This document shows positions 40,595 through 50,825 of a stretch of DNA of 64,000 nt, one piece after another. How positions within the stretch are numbered: position 1 is the stretch's first letter; each line of letters starts with the position of its first letter. The notes under the pieces are model-generated. The model ran no database searches, was not told the DNA's origin, and was given only the letters and a program-made list of their open reading frames with translations. The stretch covers positions 512,001-576,000 of the forward strand of contig CAVXXK010000003.1 in assembly GCA_963765675.1 (NCBI GenBank). The letters run 5' to 3'. A program made the position numbers and the translations under genes. The DNA comes from an uncultured delta proteobacterium. GTDB taxonomy: Bacteria > Desulfobacterota > Binatia > Binatales > Binataceae.

Positions 40595-41620
40595 CTACAA
40601 GCGGGGTTGGCCGACTATTGCGTAGAACGGGACGGTGATCGACGGTTGGTCGGGGTCGTCGGTTTTGATCGTTATCTGGCCGCGGAGCTGGCCCTCCGGG
40701 GCGCCGCGGTTTAGCGTCACCGTGATTTTGTATTCCTTGCCTGGAGTTACCGGCGCATAGGTTACGCCGACGGTCGGTTCCGAGCTTTTGACGTCCAGGA
40801 TCTTGACGTCGCGCGGGCCGATGTTCTTGAGCGCGATCAGGCGGACTACGTCCTGACCCTTCGGCGCGATTCCGAATGAGACCTGCGCGGGATCGGCGGT
40901 CAGGTCGCCGCTGATCGTTCCGAATACGTCGATCTGAATCGGCACGCGGTTGGTCACGACCTTAATCGTGTCGTCGAAGCTGCCGGCCGGCATCGTCTTT
41001 TCCAGCGTCACATGAAGAATCGCGCCGGGCTTCTTGTCGGTGCGCGGCGCTTGCACCACCTTTATCGACGAATTGGAATTGGTGACCGGTCCGACCTCGA
41101 AGCCCTTGCGCGCGGTCAGGTCGTCGATCGTCACGTCCTGGGTGACCTCGGTTCCCTTGCGCACAGTCCCAAACGAAACTTGCGAGGGTGTGGCGGAGAC
41201 CTGCTGCTTGACGATTCCCTGCATCGTCATCACCGCCTGCGGGACATCGGGATCATTGGTGAAGGCGGTGATGGTACGAATCTGATGGCCTTTCTGAAAG
41301 TGGGTGTCGAAGCCGACGTCGATGTTGGTCTCTTCGCCGGGAGCGAGATGGTTTTTGTCCGGCGTCGCGGCGGTGCATCCGCACGAGGTTTTGACTCCGC
41401 GAATCAGGAGCTCGCCCTTGCCCGCGTTCTTGATCCTGAACGTATGCTTGACCATCGTGCCTTCGAGCGCCGAGCCGAAATCGAACAGCGGATTTTCGAC
41501 CTCGGCTTTGGGCTGAGGTCCCGGAGGCGCGGCGTTGGCGCCGGGGATATCGGGCGACTGGGCGCGTGCGGTGCCTATCGAGATAAAGCAGATCAGCAGG
41601 GCAAGAAAAAATCGGCGCAT
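40595..41620 (-). CDS. DUF1573 domain exported protein (tandem Ig-like domains)
   Basis: Signal peptide; FDFG, HTFRIKNAG, VKTSCGCT, LAPGE, TNDP. Confidence 0.85.
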   Translation of the reverse strand: MRRFFLALLICFISIGTARAQSPDIPGANAAPPGPQPKAEVENPLFDFGSALEGTMVKHTFRIKNAGKGELLIRGVKTSCGCTAATPDKNHLAPGEETNIDVGFDTHFQKGHQIRTITAFTNDPDVPQAVMTMQGIVKQQVSATPSQVSFGTVRKGTEVTQDVTIDDLTARKGFEVGPVTNSNSSIKVVQAPRTDKKPGAILHVTLEKTMPAGSFDDTIKVVTNRVPIQIDVFGTISGDLTADPAQVSFGIAPKGQDVVRLIALKNIGPRDVKILDVKSSEPTVGVTYAPVTPGKEYKITVTLNRGAPEGQLRGQITIKTDDPDQPSITVPFYAIVGQPRL

Positions 41621-41649
41621 GGTTCGCTCCGGAAGCTGCGCGGCGGAGA

Positions 41650-43041
41650 TCAAGAGGCCTTCTCGGCGGCGACGGCGCGAGCGTCGGCGTCGTGGGCGGC
41701 GGCCGGCATATAGCGGGTGAGAAAATCGGTCGCGAAATCGCCGCGGATAAAATCGGGGTCGTGCAGAATCTTCAAATGCAGCGGGATGTTGGTCTTGATT
41801 CCGTCGATCACGTACTCGCGCAACGCCGCCTTCGCCCGCGCAATCGCGAGCGCGCGCGTGTCCGCATGGACGATCAGCTTGGCCACCAGCGGATCGTACT
41901 GCACCGGCACTCGGTAGCCGTCATATAGCGCGGTTTCGACGCGCACGCCGAGTCCGCCGGGCGGATGATGATTCGAGACCACGCCCGGCGACGGGATATG
42001 GCGTTCCGGGTCCTCGGCGTAAATCCGAAACTCCATCGCGGCACCCTTGAAGACGACGCTGCGCTGCTTGATTCCCAGCGCCTCGCCCATCGCCATCCGG
42101 ATACTTTCCTTCACCAGGTCGGTCGAGGTCACCATCTCGGTGACGCCGTGCTCGACCTGGATACGCGTGTTCATCTCGATGAAATAAAACTGGCCGTCCG
42201 GCGCGAGCAGAAATTCGACCGTGCCGACATTCGAGTAGCCCACGACCTCGGCGGCGCGGACGGCGGCCTTGCCCATCTTTTCGCGCATCCGCGCGGTCAG
42301 GACCGGGCACGGCGATTCCTCGATCACCTTCTGATGACGCCGCTGGATCGAGCAGTCGCGTTCGCCGAGATGGATCACGTTGCGATGGCTGTCGGCGAGA
42401 ATCTGAAATTCGACGTGGCGCGCGCGTTCGAGATATTTTTCGAGGTACATCGTGCGCGAGCTGAAGGCGGCTTCGCTTTCGCCGCGCGCGATCGGGAACA
42501 GGCGCTCGAGCTCGCCGCGATCGCGCGCGATACGCATGCCCTTGCCTCCGCCTCCGGCCGCGGCCTTGATCAGGACCGGAAAGCCGAGCCGGGCGCCGTC
42601 GGCGAGCGCGTCTTTGACTTCGGTGACGCCTTTGCCGTCGCTGCCGGGCAGGACGGGAACGCCGGCGCGCTTCATGATCCGGCGCGCGCGAGGCTTGTCG
42701 CCCATCAGGCGGATATGGCGCGCGCGCGGTCCGACGAATTGCAGGCCCGAGCGCTGGCAGGCCTCGGCGAAATCTCCGTTCTCGGACAGGAAGCCGTAGC
42801 CCGGATGGAGCGCATCGGCGCCGTAGGTCAGCGCGGCGCTCAGAATCGACGGGATATTGAGATAGCTGTCTTCAGCGGCGGGCGGACCGATACAGACCGA
42901 CTCATCCGCCATCCGGACGTGCAGCGCGTCCTTGTCGGCAGTCGAAAAGACCGCGACCGTCGGAATTCCAAGCTCGCGGCAGGCGCGAATAATCCGGATT
43001 GCGATCGTGCCGCGATTTGCGACCAGCAGCTTCTTGAACAT
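41650..43041 (-). CDS. accC: acetyl-CoA carboxylase biotin carboxylase
   Basis: [44 protein letters not shown]. Confidence 0.96.
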   Translation of the reverse strand: MFKKLLVANRGTIAIRIIRACRELGIPTVAVFSTADKDALHVRMADESVCIGPPAAEDSYLNIPSILSAALTYGADALHPGYGFLSENGDFAEACQRSGLQFVGPRARHIRLMGDKPRARRIMKRAGVPVLPGSDGKGVTEVKDALADGARLGFPVLIKAAAGGGGKGMRIARDRGELERLFPIARGESEAAFSSRTMYLEKYLERARHVEFQILADSHRNVIHLGERDCSIQRRHQKVIEESPCPVLTARMREKMGKAAVRAAEVVGYSNVGTVEFLLAPDGQFYFIEMNTRIQVEHGVTEMVTSTDLVKESIRMAMGEALGIKQRSVVFKGAAMEFRIYAEDPERHIPSPGVVSNHHPPGGLGVRVETALYDGYRVPVQYDPLVAKLIVHADTRALAIARAKAALREYVIDGIKTNIPLHLKILHDPDFIRGDFATDFLTRYMPAAAHDADARAVAAEKAS

Positions 43042-43049
43042 CGCGATGC

Positions 43050-43547
43050 TCAGCCCGCCTCGATAACCATCAGCGGCTGTCCATACTCGATCGCCTGCCC
43101 ATTGTCGGCGATGATCTTGACCACGCGGCCGCCGGCAGGCGCTTCGACCTCATTCATCATCTTCATTGCTTCAATAATACAGACGGTCTGGCCTTTGCGC
43201 ACCGAGTCGCCTTCGTTGACGAAGGGGTCGGAGTCGGGCGACGGTGAGCGATAGAAGGTTCCGACCATCGGGCTTTCGACCAGCACCTGATTCGGCGCGA
43301 GTTCGATCGGCACGGCGATCGGTCCTCCGCTGCGCGGAGCGGCCGGAGCTGGTCGGGCAGATGCTGACGGTGCCGCGGCAGGAGCGCGCGCGGGCGCAGC
43401 GGGCGGAGGCATCGCGGGCGCGACGGCGTCGCCAGGAGCAGCCGCACGGACCAGGCGAACCTTGCCCTTCTTGTCTTCGATTTCGAGCTCGACCAGCCCG
43501 TAATCATTCATCAGTATTATCAGAGCCTTGATCTCGCGAACTTCCAT
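43050..43547 (-). CDS. accB: biotin carboxyl carrier protein
   Basis: Ala/Pro linker, [16 protein letters not shown]. Confidence 0.96.
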   Translation of the reverse strand: MEVREIKALIILMNDYGLVELEIEDKKGKVRLVRAAAPGDAVAPAMPPPAAPARAPAAAPSASARPAPAAPRSGGPIAVPIELAPNQVLVESPMVGTFYRSPSPDSDPFVNEGDSVRKGQTVCIIEAMKMMNEVEAPAGGRVVKIIADNGQAIEYGQPLMVIEAG

Positions 43548-43573
43548 CCCCACTCCCGAATTGGCACCAGGTT

Positions 43574-44074
43574 TCATCGAGTTTGCGGCGCGGCCGGCGC
43601 CAGCTCGCGCGCGGCGCGCAATGCCAGGTAATAGCCGGATGCGCCAAAGCCCATAATTCTCGCCACGGCGATATCGGCGATCATCGAGCGATGACGAAAG
43701 CGCTCGCGCCGGTAAACGTTGGACAGATGCACTTCCACGGTCGGCAGCGCCACGGCGCTGAGCGCGTCGCGAATAGCGACGCTGGTGTGCGTGTAGGCGC
43801 CAGGATTGATCAATATCACGTCGGCATGGCCGCGCGCTTGCTGGATCCGATCGACGAGTGCGCCTTCCGAGTTCGATTGATAGCTGGTCACCGCGATTCC
43901 AAGCTCGGTTCCGAGGCGCTTGAGCTCGCGGTCGATATCTTTGAGCGTGGCCGATCCATAAATCTCAGGCTCGCGCGTGCCGAGCAGATTCAGATTGGGG
44001 CCGTGGATAACCAGCGCCTTGAGCGGCCGCGGCGCGGCATCACGCGCGGGAGCCTCTTTTCGGTTCGTCGCCAT
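43574..44074 (-). CDS. aroQ: type II 3-dehydroquinate dehydratase
   Basis: [32 protein letters not shown]. Confidence 0.96.
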   Translation of the reverse strand: MATNRKEAPARDAAPRPLKALVIHGPNLNLLGTREPEIYGSATLKDIDRELKRLGTELGIAVTSYQSNSEGALVDRIQQARGHADVILINPGAYTHTSVAIRDALSAVALPTVEVHLSNVYRRERFRHRSMIADIAVARIMGFGASGYYLALRAARELAPAAPQTR

Positions 44075-44154
44075 CGCTATGAAACGGGTTCCTCGCGGCA
44101 TTGAAGCCTACCGCGCCGATGACTGCAAGACGGGTTTGCGCGAGTGAGGCTCCA

Positions 44155-45018
44155 CTATTCGTGGTCCTTATCCGGATCGTTGCGGTTTTTGATCGCCTGC
44201 TGGTAGATCTCGCGGCGGCTCTGGCCGGTCAGCTTTGCGATTATCGCGCTCGCCTGTTTGAGGCTCACGCCCTCGGCTTGCAGCATCTCGATTGTGACCG
44301 CGGAGCCATCGCTCTCAATGCTCTCGTCCGCTCCTGCGACGACGATCGTGATCTCGCCGAGGGCGGGAGTCTCGCCGAAGCGCCGCGCGAGGTCGCCGAG
44401 GTTGCCGCGAATCGTCTCTTCGTAGGTCTTCGTGATCTCGCGAACGACGGCGGCCTCGCGATGCTCGCCGAGCGCCGCCGTCATCGCGGCGAGAGTCTCG
44501 CCAAGACGGCGGCCAGCCTCGTAGAACACGAGGGTGCGAGGTTCGCGGGCGAGCGACTCGAGATGCTTCCGGCGCGCGGCACCGCGCGAGGGCAAGAAGC
44601 CTTCGAACGCGAATCGGTTGGTCGCGACTCCCGCGATCGATAGTGCCGCGATTGCGGCCGACGGACCCGGCACCGCGCGCACCGCGACTCCGGCGTCGAG
44701 CGCTGCGCGTACTAATCGGTAACCGGGATCGGAGATCGCGGGAGTGCCGGCGTCGGTCACGAGTGCGATCTTTTCGCCGTCACGCAGGTGCGCCACGATC
44801 TCGGGCGTGCGCTGCGCCTCGTTGTGCTCGAAGTACGAGAGCATCGGGCGCCGAATCTGATGCGCGGCGAGCATCGCCCCGGTGCGGCGGGTATCCTCGC
44901 ACGCGACGCGATCGGCCTCGGCGAGAACGCGCAGCGCGCGCGGCGAAAGATCCTCGGGATTTCCGATCGGGGTCGCGACGACGAACAAGACTCCGGAAGT
45001 GGGCGCATTCCGATTCAT
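44155..45018 (-). CDS. rsmI: 16S rRNA (cytidine1402-2'-O)-methyltransferase
   Basis: VATPIGN, CEDTR, DAGTPAISDPG, FEGFLP, REITKTYEE. Confidence 0.96.
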   Translation of the reverse strand: MNRNAPTSGVLFVVATPIGNPEDLSPRALRVLAEADRVACEDTRRTGAMLAAHQIRRPMLSYFEHNEAQRTPEIVAHLRDGEKIALVTDAGTPAISDPGYRLVRAALDAGVAVRAVPGPSAAIAALSIAGVATNRFAFEGFLPSRGAARRKHLESLAREPRTLVFYEAGRRLGETLAAMTAALGEHREAAVVREITKTYEETIRGNLGDLARRFGETPALGEITIVVAGADESIESDGSAVTIEMLQAEGVSLKQASAIIAKLTGQSRREIYQQAIKNRNDPDKDHE

Positions 45019-45315
45019 CAAGTTTGCGTATTACCTGCGTTTCCAGCGGACCTGGCTGCGCCCCGGAGTGAAATACAGCAGGCGGCATGGATGCCTTCGA
45101 CACCAGGATGAGCGGGACCTCGTTGGACGACCGGCTCGATCGATCCGGTGGGAGTGAAATGCACAGGACTCTTCGCGAGGTTGATCGGATTTTTGATTGG
45201 CCGGGCCGTTGTCGTGGCTTTCATACCGATTGCTCCTGGGTGGGGCAGATCAACGGATTGTGCGCCGGCGTATCGCGACATTACAATTGTTCGCGACACT
45301 ATATCGAGGATCACG

Positions 45316-46179
45316 ATGGCCGCCGCCAAAGCTACTTTGCTCATCGCATGCATCGACCGCCCGGGAATTATCGCCAGCGTGGCCGGGCATCTGTTCGCGC
45401 TCGATTGCAACATCATCACGTCGGATCAATACAGCGACGACGAGGACGGCCACTTCTTTTGGCGGATTCATTTCGAGAGCCTGAAACGTCCGATCGCGGA
45501 CCTCGCGCACGATCTGAAAGCGTCGCTTCCGAAGTTGTTGCCATGGGAGCAACTGCGATGGCATCTGCACGACGCAGCGCGGCAGGACCGCATGGTGATC
45601 ATGGTGTCGCGGCTCGGGCACTGCATGATCGATCTGCTGAGCCGGCATCACGCGGGCGAGCTCGACGCGGAGATCGTCGGGGTGATCAGTAACCATCCCG
45701 ACCTCGAGCCGCTGGCGCGTCCATTCAACGTGCCGTTCGAGGTTATTCCGGTCGCGAAGGGCGCGAAGGCCGCGGCCGAGACTGCGCTGCTGGCGCGGCT
45801 TGCGGAGCTGCGCGCCGACACGGTGGTGCTCGCGCGATACATGCAGGTGCTGTCGGGCGATTTTCTGCGCGGATGGCAAAAGCCGATCGTCAATATCCAT
45901 CACAGCTTCCTGCCGGCGTTCGCGGGCTCGCGTCCGTATCAGCAGGCGCGCGAGCGAGGAGTGAAGCTGATCGGCGCGACAGCGCATTACGTAACCGAAG
46001 AGCTCGACGCCGGGCCGATCATCGCGCAGGCGACGACCGCGATCACGCATCGCGACACGGTCGCCGACCTGACGCGCAAAGGGAAGGACCTGGAGGTGAT
46101 GGTGCTGGCCAAGGCGGTGCGGGCGCATCTTCGCAAGCAGGTTCTGACGCATCGCAACAGAACGATCGTGTTTGAGTAA
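45316..46179 (+). CDS. purU: formyltetrahydrofolate deformylase
   Basis: ACT-like N-terminus, LARYMQVL, NIHHSFLPAF, GVKLIGATAHYV, LDAGPII. Confidence 0.96.
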   Translation: MAAAKATLLIACIDRPGIIASVAGHLFALDCNIITSDQYSDDEDGHFFWRIHFESLKRPIADLAHDLKASLPKLLPWEQLRWHLHDAARQDRMVIMVSRLGHCMIDLLSRHHAGELDAEIVGVISNHPDLEPLARPFNVPFEVIPVAKGAKAAAETALLARLAELRADTVVLARYMQVLSGDFLRGWQKPIVNIHHSFLPAFAGSRPYQQARERGVKLIGATAHYVTEELDAGPIIAQATTAITHRDTVADLTRKGKDLEVMVLAKAVRAHLRKQVLTHRNRTIVFE

Positions 46180-46562
46180 TTTGCTAATCGAAACGCCGTT
46201 ATAATGGTGGGTTCGTTTGGGCGATTTTCGGTTGAAGGAAAATTGGAATAGCTGGTAGACGCTGAATAATTTTGTCAGCTCGATTAGTTCGTTCGGGGTT
46301 CGCGCGAAATGCGAATCCAGTCATCTCTCGGCCGGAAACAAACGGGTTGGTTCGCGTTTTCCGAATCACAAGATTCAGATTTTGGTGACGCGGTTCCACA
46401 TGGACATTATTGCATGAAATGGGAATCCGCATAAAGGCTGAACAGTTCAGCCATGAACAAATCTGGCAAAAAATCTAACGATCGTTAGGGTCGAGTTGCG
46501 CCCTCGCCCGCGTCTGGTCCCTCGCCCACAAGAGGGTGTCGATAAATGGCGAGTTCTTTTCC

Positions 46563-46591
46563 GTCATCCTTCGCCTGCGGCTCAGGATGAC
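46563..46591. repeat. REP-like hairpin
   Basis: GTCATCCT...AGGATGAC, related to the ends of the 7565-7680 element. Confidence 0.55.
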
Positions 46592-46724
46592 ACCAACGGA
46601 GCGTCTGCGAGAAAATCATCAGCCGCCAGAATGGATGAAGGTTGGGTGATGAACGGCGTGCGTCGCCGTACCTACGCGCGCAGCGGTCTCTCAAAAACTA
46701 AAGTGTCACTTTAATTCCACCAGG

Positions 46725-47399
46725 TCACTTCAATTCAACCAGCACCTGCCGGATGCGGCCCGCGCCGGAGTTGTGGAATTTGCGCCCTGCCCCGCGCGGA
46801 TACCACGCGACGCTCCCCGCCGGCATGGCGGTGCGCTGCGCGCTGTCGCGCCCGGCGTCGGCGCGCTCGACGACTTCGAGCTCGCCGCCCTCGGCGACGT
46901 AGGCGACCGCGTCGTGCGAGTAGCGGCGCATCGCGCTCTCCGCGCCGGGAGCGAGCGTGATTTCGCTGACGCGGACGCGGTCGTTGTCGAGAATCGTGAT
47001 CGTTCCCGGTTCCGGCTCGCGCCCCGCAACCGCTTCGCATCCGACGAAGCCCAGGCGCTCGGCGCCGCGCTTTGCGGGCCGCTTGAGCTCGAACAGCGCT
47101 TCATGAAAGCGCGTGGTGCCGACGTTGTGCGCGCTCTCGATACCGCCGGCCGGCACGAAGTAGGTCGCACGCGCGTGCAGCGGAAGGCCGCGCGGCTTCC
47201 CGCCCGGAGGATTCTCGCCGCGGCGCAGCGCGCCGACCGACGCGCTCGACAGGATGAACAGCACGTAGTCGAGCGTATGGTGATGCAGCCCGCAGACCTC
47301 GCCCGGCTGCAGATCCATCTCCCACACGCGCACGTCGTCGTTCTCAAAAAGCGTGCGAGTCGCGACCGGTCCCAGTTGCTCGGCTTGTGCTGCGCCCAT
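46725..47399 (-). CDS. tandem cupin-like protein
   Basis: Internal duplication: LFENDDVRVWEMDLQPG..HHHTLDY versus ILDNDRVRVSEITLAPG..RRYSHDA. Confidence 0.75.
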   Translation of the reverse strand: MGAAQAEQLGPVATRTLFENDDVRVWEMDLQPGEVCGLHHHTLDYVLFILSSASVGALRRGENPPGGKPRGLPLHARATYFVPAGGIESAHNVGTTRFHEALFELKRPAKRGAERLGFVGCEAVAGREPEPGTITILDNDRVRVSEITLAPGAESAMRRYSHDAVAYVAEGGELEVVERADAGRDSAQRTAMPAGSVAWYPRGAGRKFHNSGAGRIRQVLVELK

Positions 47400-47401
47400 C
47401 T

Positions 47402-47617
47402 CTATTGCTCCTCTTCATAGCATCCGCGGCCCGGGCCGCAGGAGTCTGTATCGGCAGGCTCGCCGTCGGGTCCGTACGGACGCTGAGTGTTCAGGCAGGT
47501 ATAGCACGCGGTGGTGCTGTCGGGATCAAACATCCGCGCGCCCTCGGGAGTGCGATAGTACGCAGTCTTGGTGCGGAGCAGTCCGCAGAATTGGTGCGTC
47601 GCTATTGCGGTAGCCAT
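47402..47617 (-). CDS. small Cys-rich hypothetical protein
   Basis: 71 aa, 5 Cys (CGLLRTK, CYTC, SC, GC); GGAGG RBS within the end of the upstream gene; 5-bp and 2-bp gaps to neighbours. Confidence 0.75.
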   Translation of the reverse strand: MATAIATHQFCGLLRTKTAYYRTPEGARMFDPDSTTACYTCLNTQRPYGPDGEPADTDSCGPGRGCYEEEQ

Positions 47618-47622
47618 CGTGC

Positions 47623-48609
47623 TTACACCTCCGCGACTCCGCCTGCGGCCAGGATTGCGCGGCGCACAATCACCTTCGCGATCGTGACCTTGTAGGCGTT
47701 ATCCGACATCGGCTGTGCCGTCGCAAGGGCAGCGTCGGCGGCGGCGCGCGCGCGTGCGGCGTCCAGCGGAGCGCCGATGATCGCTTTCTCGGCATCCGGC
47801 GCGCGCCACGGAATCGGAGCGACGGCGCCCATCACGATCCGCGCGTCGCGAACCGATTTGCCGTTTGGAACTATCACGACCGCGACGCTCGCCAGCGGCC
47901 AGTCGAAGCTCTGCTTCTCGCGCACTTCAAGGTAGGTGCTGCGAGTGCCGGACGCAGGCGCGGGCACGATAACCTCGGTGATTATCTCGCCGGCGCGCAA
48001 ATCATTTTCGCGCTTCGGATCGACTTCGGGCAGCGTGAAGAATTTCTCGAGCGCGACTGTGCGCTCGCCCGCAGGCCCTGCTATTCGCGCGCTCGCACCG
48101 AACGCGACCAGCGCGGGCGCGAGGTTCGAGGGATGCACGATATACGACGGGCCGCCGCCGAGGATCGCGTGATAGCGATTGAGCCCGCCGATCGAGTAGC
48201 ACTTGTCGCCGCCTTTTTTGAGGCAGACCGTCAGCGGATTGCGGAAATACCAGCATCGCGGACGCTGCAACAGATTTCCGCCGACGGTGCCGAGGTTGCG
48301 AATCTGCGGCGTGGCCGCTTCGCCGGCAGCGTCGGAGATCGCGGTGAAACGTTTTTGAATTTCGGGATTGGTCGCGACCTCGTGCAGTTTCACCAGCGCT
48401 CCCAGGCGCATCGAACCGTCAGGCTGAAACTTAATTCCTTCAAGCTCCGGCAAACCCTTCAGATTGACCAGCGTGGTGGGACTGGCGATGTCCTGCTTCA
48501 TCAGATCGACGACGTCGACTCCGCCGGCTATCGCTCCGTGATTCGGCGCGGCGAGCATCGCGCTCGCGTGCGCAAGATCGGCAGGTGTGACGATCGTGAA
48601 CTTGTTCAT
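47623..48609 (-). CDS. xanthine dehydrogenase family FAD subunit (PaoB/YagS-like)
   Basis: IAGGVD, ATPQIRNLGTVGGNLLQRPRCWYFR, VAPIPWR, NAYK. Confidence 0.92.
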   Translation of the reverse strand: MNKFTIVTPADLAHASAMLAAPNHGAIAGGVDVVDLMKQDIASPTTLVNLKGLPELEGIKFQPDGSMRLGALVKLHEVATNPEIQKRFTAISDAAGEAATPQIRNLGTVGGNLLQRPRCWYFRNPLTVCLKKGGDKCYSIGGLNRYHAILGGGPSYIVHPSNLAPALVAFGASARIAGPAGERTVALEKFFTLPEVDPKRENDLRAGEIITEVIVPAPASGTRSTYLEVREKQSFDWPLASVAVVIVPNGKSVRDARIVMGAVAPIPWRAPDAEKAIIGAPLDAARARAAADAALATAQPMSDNAYKVTIAKVIVRRAILAAGGVAEV

Positions 48610-50825
48610 CACGCATGCCCTACCGCGGCGAGAATTTTGTCGGGCGTCAGCGGCAACTCGCGCATCGGAGCGCCCACCGCGTCGCTGACCGCGCACGCGA
48701 CGGCAGCGGCGCTCGCGACGTGCGCAACCTCGCCGATTCCGAGCACGCCGGTGTTGGTACCGCCATTCATCACGTCGAGGAACATCACGTCGATTCGCGG
48801 AACGTCGAGCGAGCCGACCATTTTGTAATCGTCCATGGTCGGATTCATCATCAGGCCGAGATTCGGGTCCATCCGGCGGTCTTCAAACAGCGCAAATCCG
48901 ATTCCCATCAGCACGCCGCCATTGATCTGGCTGCGCGAGGTCATTGGATCGATAATTGTGCCCGCATCATGCACCGCGACCACGCGCTTGACGCGCACCA
49001 CACCGGTCTCGGTATCGACTTCGACCTCGGCGAATTGGCATCCGGCCTGATCGGGCCGATAAGAGGCGTAGTTCGGAATCCGGTCGCCGCCGGCGGAAAT
49101 TGAATCGCCGGGAATACGGCGGCACAGATCTTTGAACGCGACTTTTCTTGACGGATCGAAGCGCACGCGAATTGTGCCGTCGCGCGCTTCGAGGTCCGAT
49201 GGTTCCGCCCCGAGCATCGGCGCCGCCATCTTGAACAGCTTGTCCTTCAGATGCGCCGCGGCCTGGCGGATCGCGGGCGTGTTCGAGGGCGAGCTCATGC
49301 TGCCGCCCGACGGCAGCGAGAACGGATAGCGCGTGTCGCCGATCTCGGTGGAAATCTGTGCGATCGGGAGGCCGAGCTCCTCGGCCGCAACGACGGCGAG
49401 CGCGGTCCGGGTGCCGGTGCCGATATCCTGCGTGCCGCAGCGAATCTCGACGCGGCCATCGCGATGCGCGATCGCTAGCGCTTCCGGCCCCGAGGCTCCG
49501 AGCGCGTGCCATGCGGCGCACGCGACGCCGGTTCCGCGGCGGAGGGGGCCGCCGGATTTTTTCGCGGCGCCGTCTTTTCGCGCTGCGCTGTCTGGGGTCC
49601 ATCCAAAGGCGCGCGCGCCGAGTTCGAGCTCGATCGCGCGGACAGGATTGATATTGTTCGCGCGGCGGAACTCCAGCCGATCGATCCCGGCCTTGCGCGC
49701 CATTTCGTCCATCGCCATTTCCAGCGCGAACGTGCCCTGCGGCCATCCGGGCGCTCGCATCGGCGACGACGGGCCGGTGTTCATATAGACGTTGGTTTCG
49801 GAAGTGCGAACGTTAGCACATGGATAGACCAGCTTGAATGGACCTGAGCTACCCGATCCGCCGCCGATTCCGCCGCTGCCGCGCTGTACGAGATCGATAG
49901 CGACCAGCTTGCCTTTCGCATCGGTGCCCATGCGGACTTTCTGCTCGGAGCAGGGACGATTTCCCGTCGCCAGATGCTCGTCGCCGCGGGGCAGCATCAG
50001 CTTGACCGGCGCTCCCGATTCTTTGGCGAGGCGTGCGGCAATCACAATGTCCGGGGTCGCGCCGAATTTCGATCCGAAGCCGCCGCCGAGATACTCGCTG
50101 ATCACGCGGACCTTGTCGGGCGCAAGATTGAACAGGACCGCAAGGTCGTCGCGCACTGAGAACACGCCCTGCGTCGAGCACCATACCGTGAGCGCGCCAC
50201 CGTCGAATTGGGCGACCGCGCCGTGCGTTTCGAGCGAGACGTGCGTCTGCACCGGAGTCGTGTAGGTTGCCTCGATTCGATTCGCAGCCTGCGAGAGTCC
50301 ATGCTCGACGTCGCCCTCGCTCGAGGTTTTTGCGGCACCCACGTTCGAGCCGCTGAATACGCTCGGCGCGCCGGCGGCGGCCGCGGCGTCCATCTCGACG
50401 ACGAACGGCAGCGGGTCGTAGTCCACCTTGATCAGGCGAATCGCGTCGGCAGCGATATCGGAACTGGTGGCGGCGACGGCGGCGACCTCTTGTCCGGCAA
50501 AGCGAAGCTCACCCTCAGTGACCTGAAGCGCGGCGCGCACTCCGGCAAGGCGCTTCGCGGCAGAAAGATCGACGCTCTTCACGTGCGCTCGAGGATAGGG
50601 GCTTCGCAGAATCGCGCCGTAGAGCATCCCAGGGAGGGCGATATCGTAGGTGTAATGCGCGGTGCCGGTGGCTTTGGCGGGGCCATCAACCCGAGGAGTT
50701 TCTACGCCGACGATTGTGAATTTGTCGCCGAGCTGCCACGGGGTCGGCTCGTCGTCGGGAATCACGACGGTGACCTCGCGCGGCGCCTGAGGGATTCCGA
50801 GATTCACCGTCACGCGCCGCGACAT
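48609..50825 (-). CDS. xanthine dehydrogenase family Mo-binding subunit (PaoC/YagR-like)
   Basis: RVDGPAKATG, GGGFGSK, MRAPG, QDIGTG, SGGS, SQINGG, GIGE. Confidence 0.93.
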   Translation of the reverse strand: MSRRVTVNLGIPQAPREVTVVIPDDEPTPWQLGDKFTIVGVETPRVDGPAKATGTAHYTYDIALPGMLYGAILRSPYPRAHVKSVDLSAAKRLAGVRAALQVTEGELRFAGQEVAAVAATSSDIAADAIRLIKVDYDPLPFVVEMDAAAAAGAPSVFSGSNVGAAKTSSEGDVEHGLSQAANRIEATYTTPVQTHVSLETHGAVAQFDGGALTVWCSTQGVFSVRDDLAVLFNLAPDKVRVISEYLGGGFGSKFGATPDIVIAARLAKESGAPVKLMLPRGDEHLATGNRPCSEQKVRMGTDAKGKLVAIDLVQRGSGGIGGGSGSSGPFKLVYPCANVRTSETNVYMNTGPSSPMRAPGWPQGTFALEMAMDEMARKAGIDRLEFRRANNINPVRAIELELGARAFGWTPDSAARKDGAAKKSGGPLRRGTGVACAAWHALGASGPEALAIAHRDGRVEIRCGTQDIGTGTRTALAVVAAEELGLPIAQISTEIGDTRYPFSLPSGGSMSSPSNTPAIRQAAAHLKDKLFKMAAPMLGAEPSDLEARDGTIRVRFDPSRKVAFKDLCRRIPGDSISAGGDRIPNYASYRPDQAGCQFAEVEVDTETGVVRVKRVVAVHDAGTIIDPMTSRSQINGGVLMGIGFALFEDRRMDPNLGLMMNPTMDDYKMVGSLDVPRIDVMFLDVMNGGTNTGVLGIGEVAHVASAAAVACAVSDAVGAPMRELPLTPDKILAAVGHA

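Noticed and set aside
45020-45300. rnpB or 6S RNA next to rsmI
   Set aside because: No GAGGAAAGTCC RNase P signature and no long 6S-like hairpin is recognisable.
48609-50825. Cu-Mo CO dehydrogenase (CoxL), suggested by the neighbouring copper-type RiPP
   Set aside because: The active-site loop reads PMRAPG (PaoC-like), not AYxCSFR.
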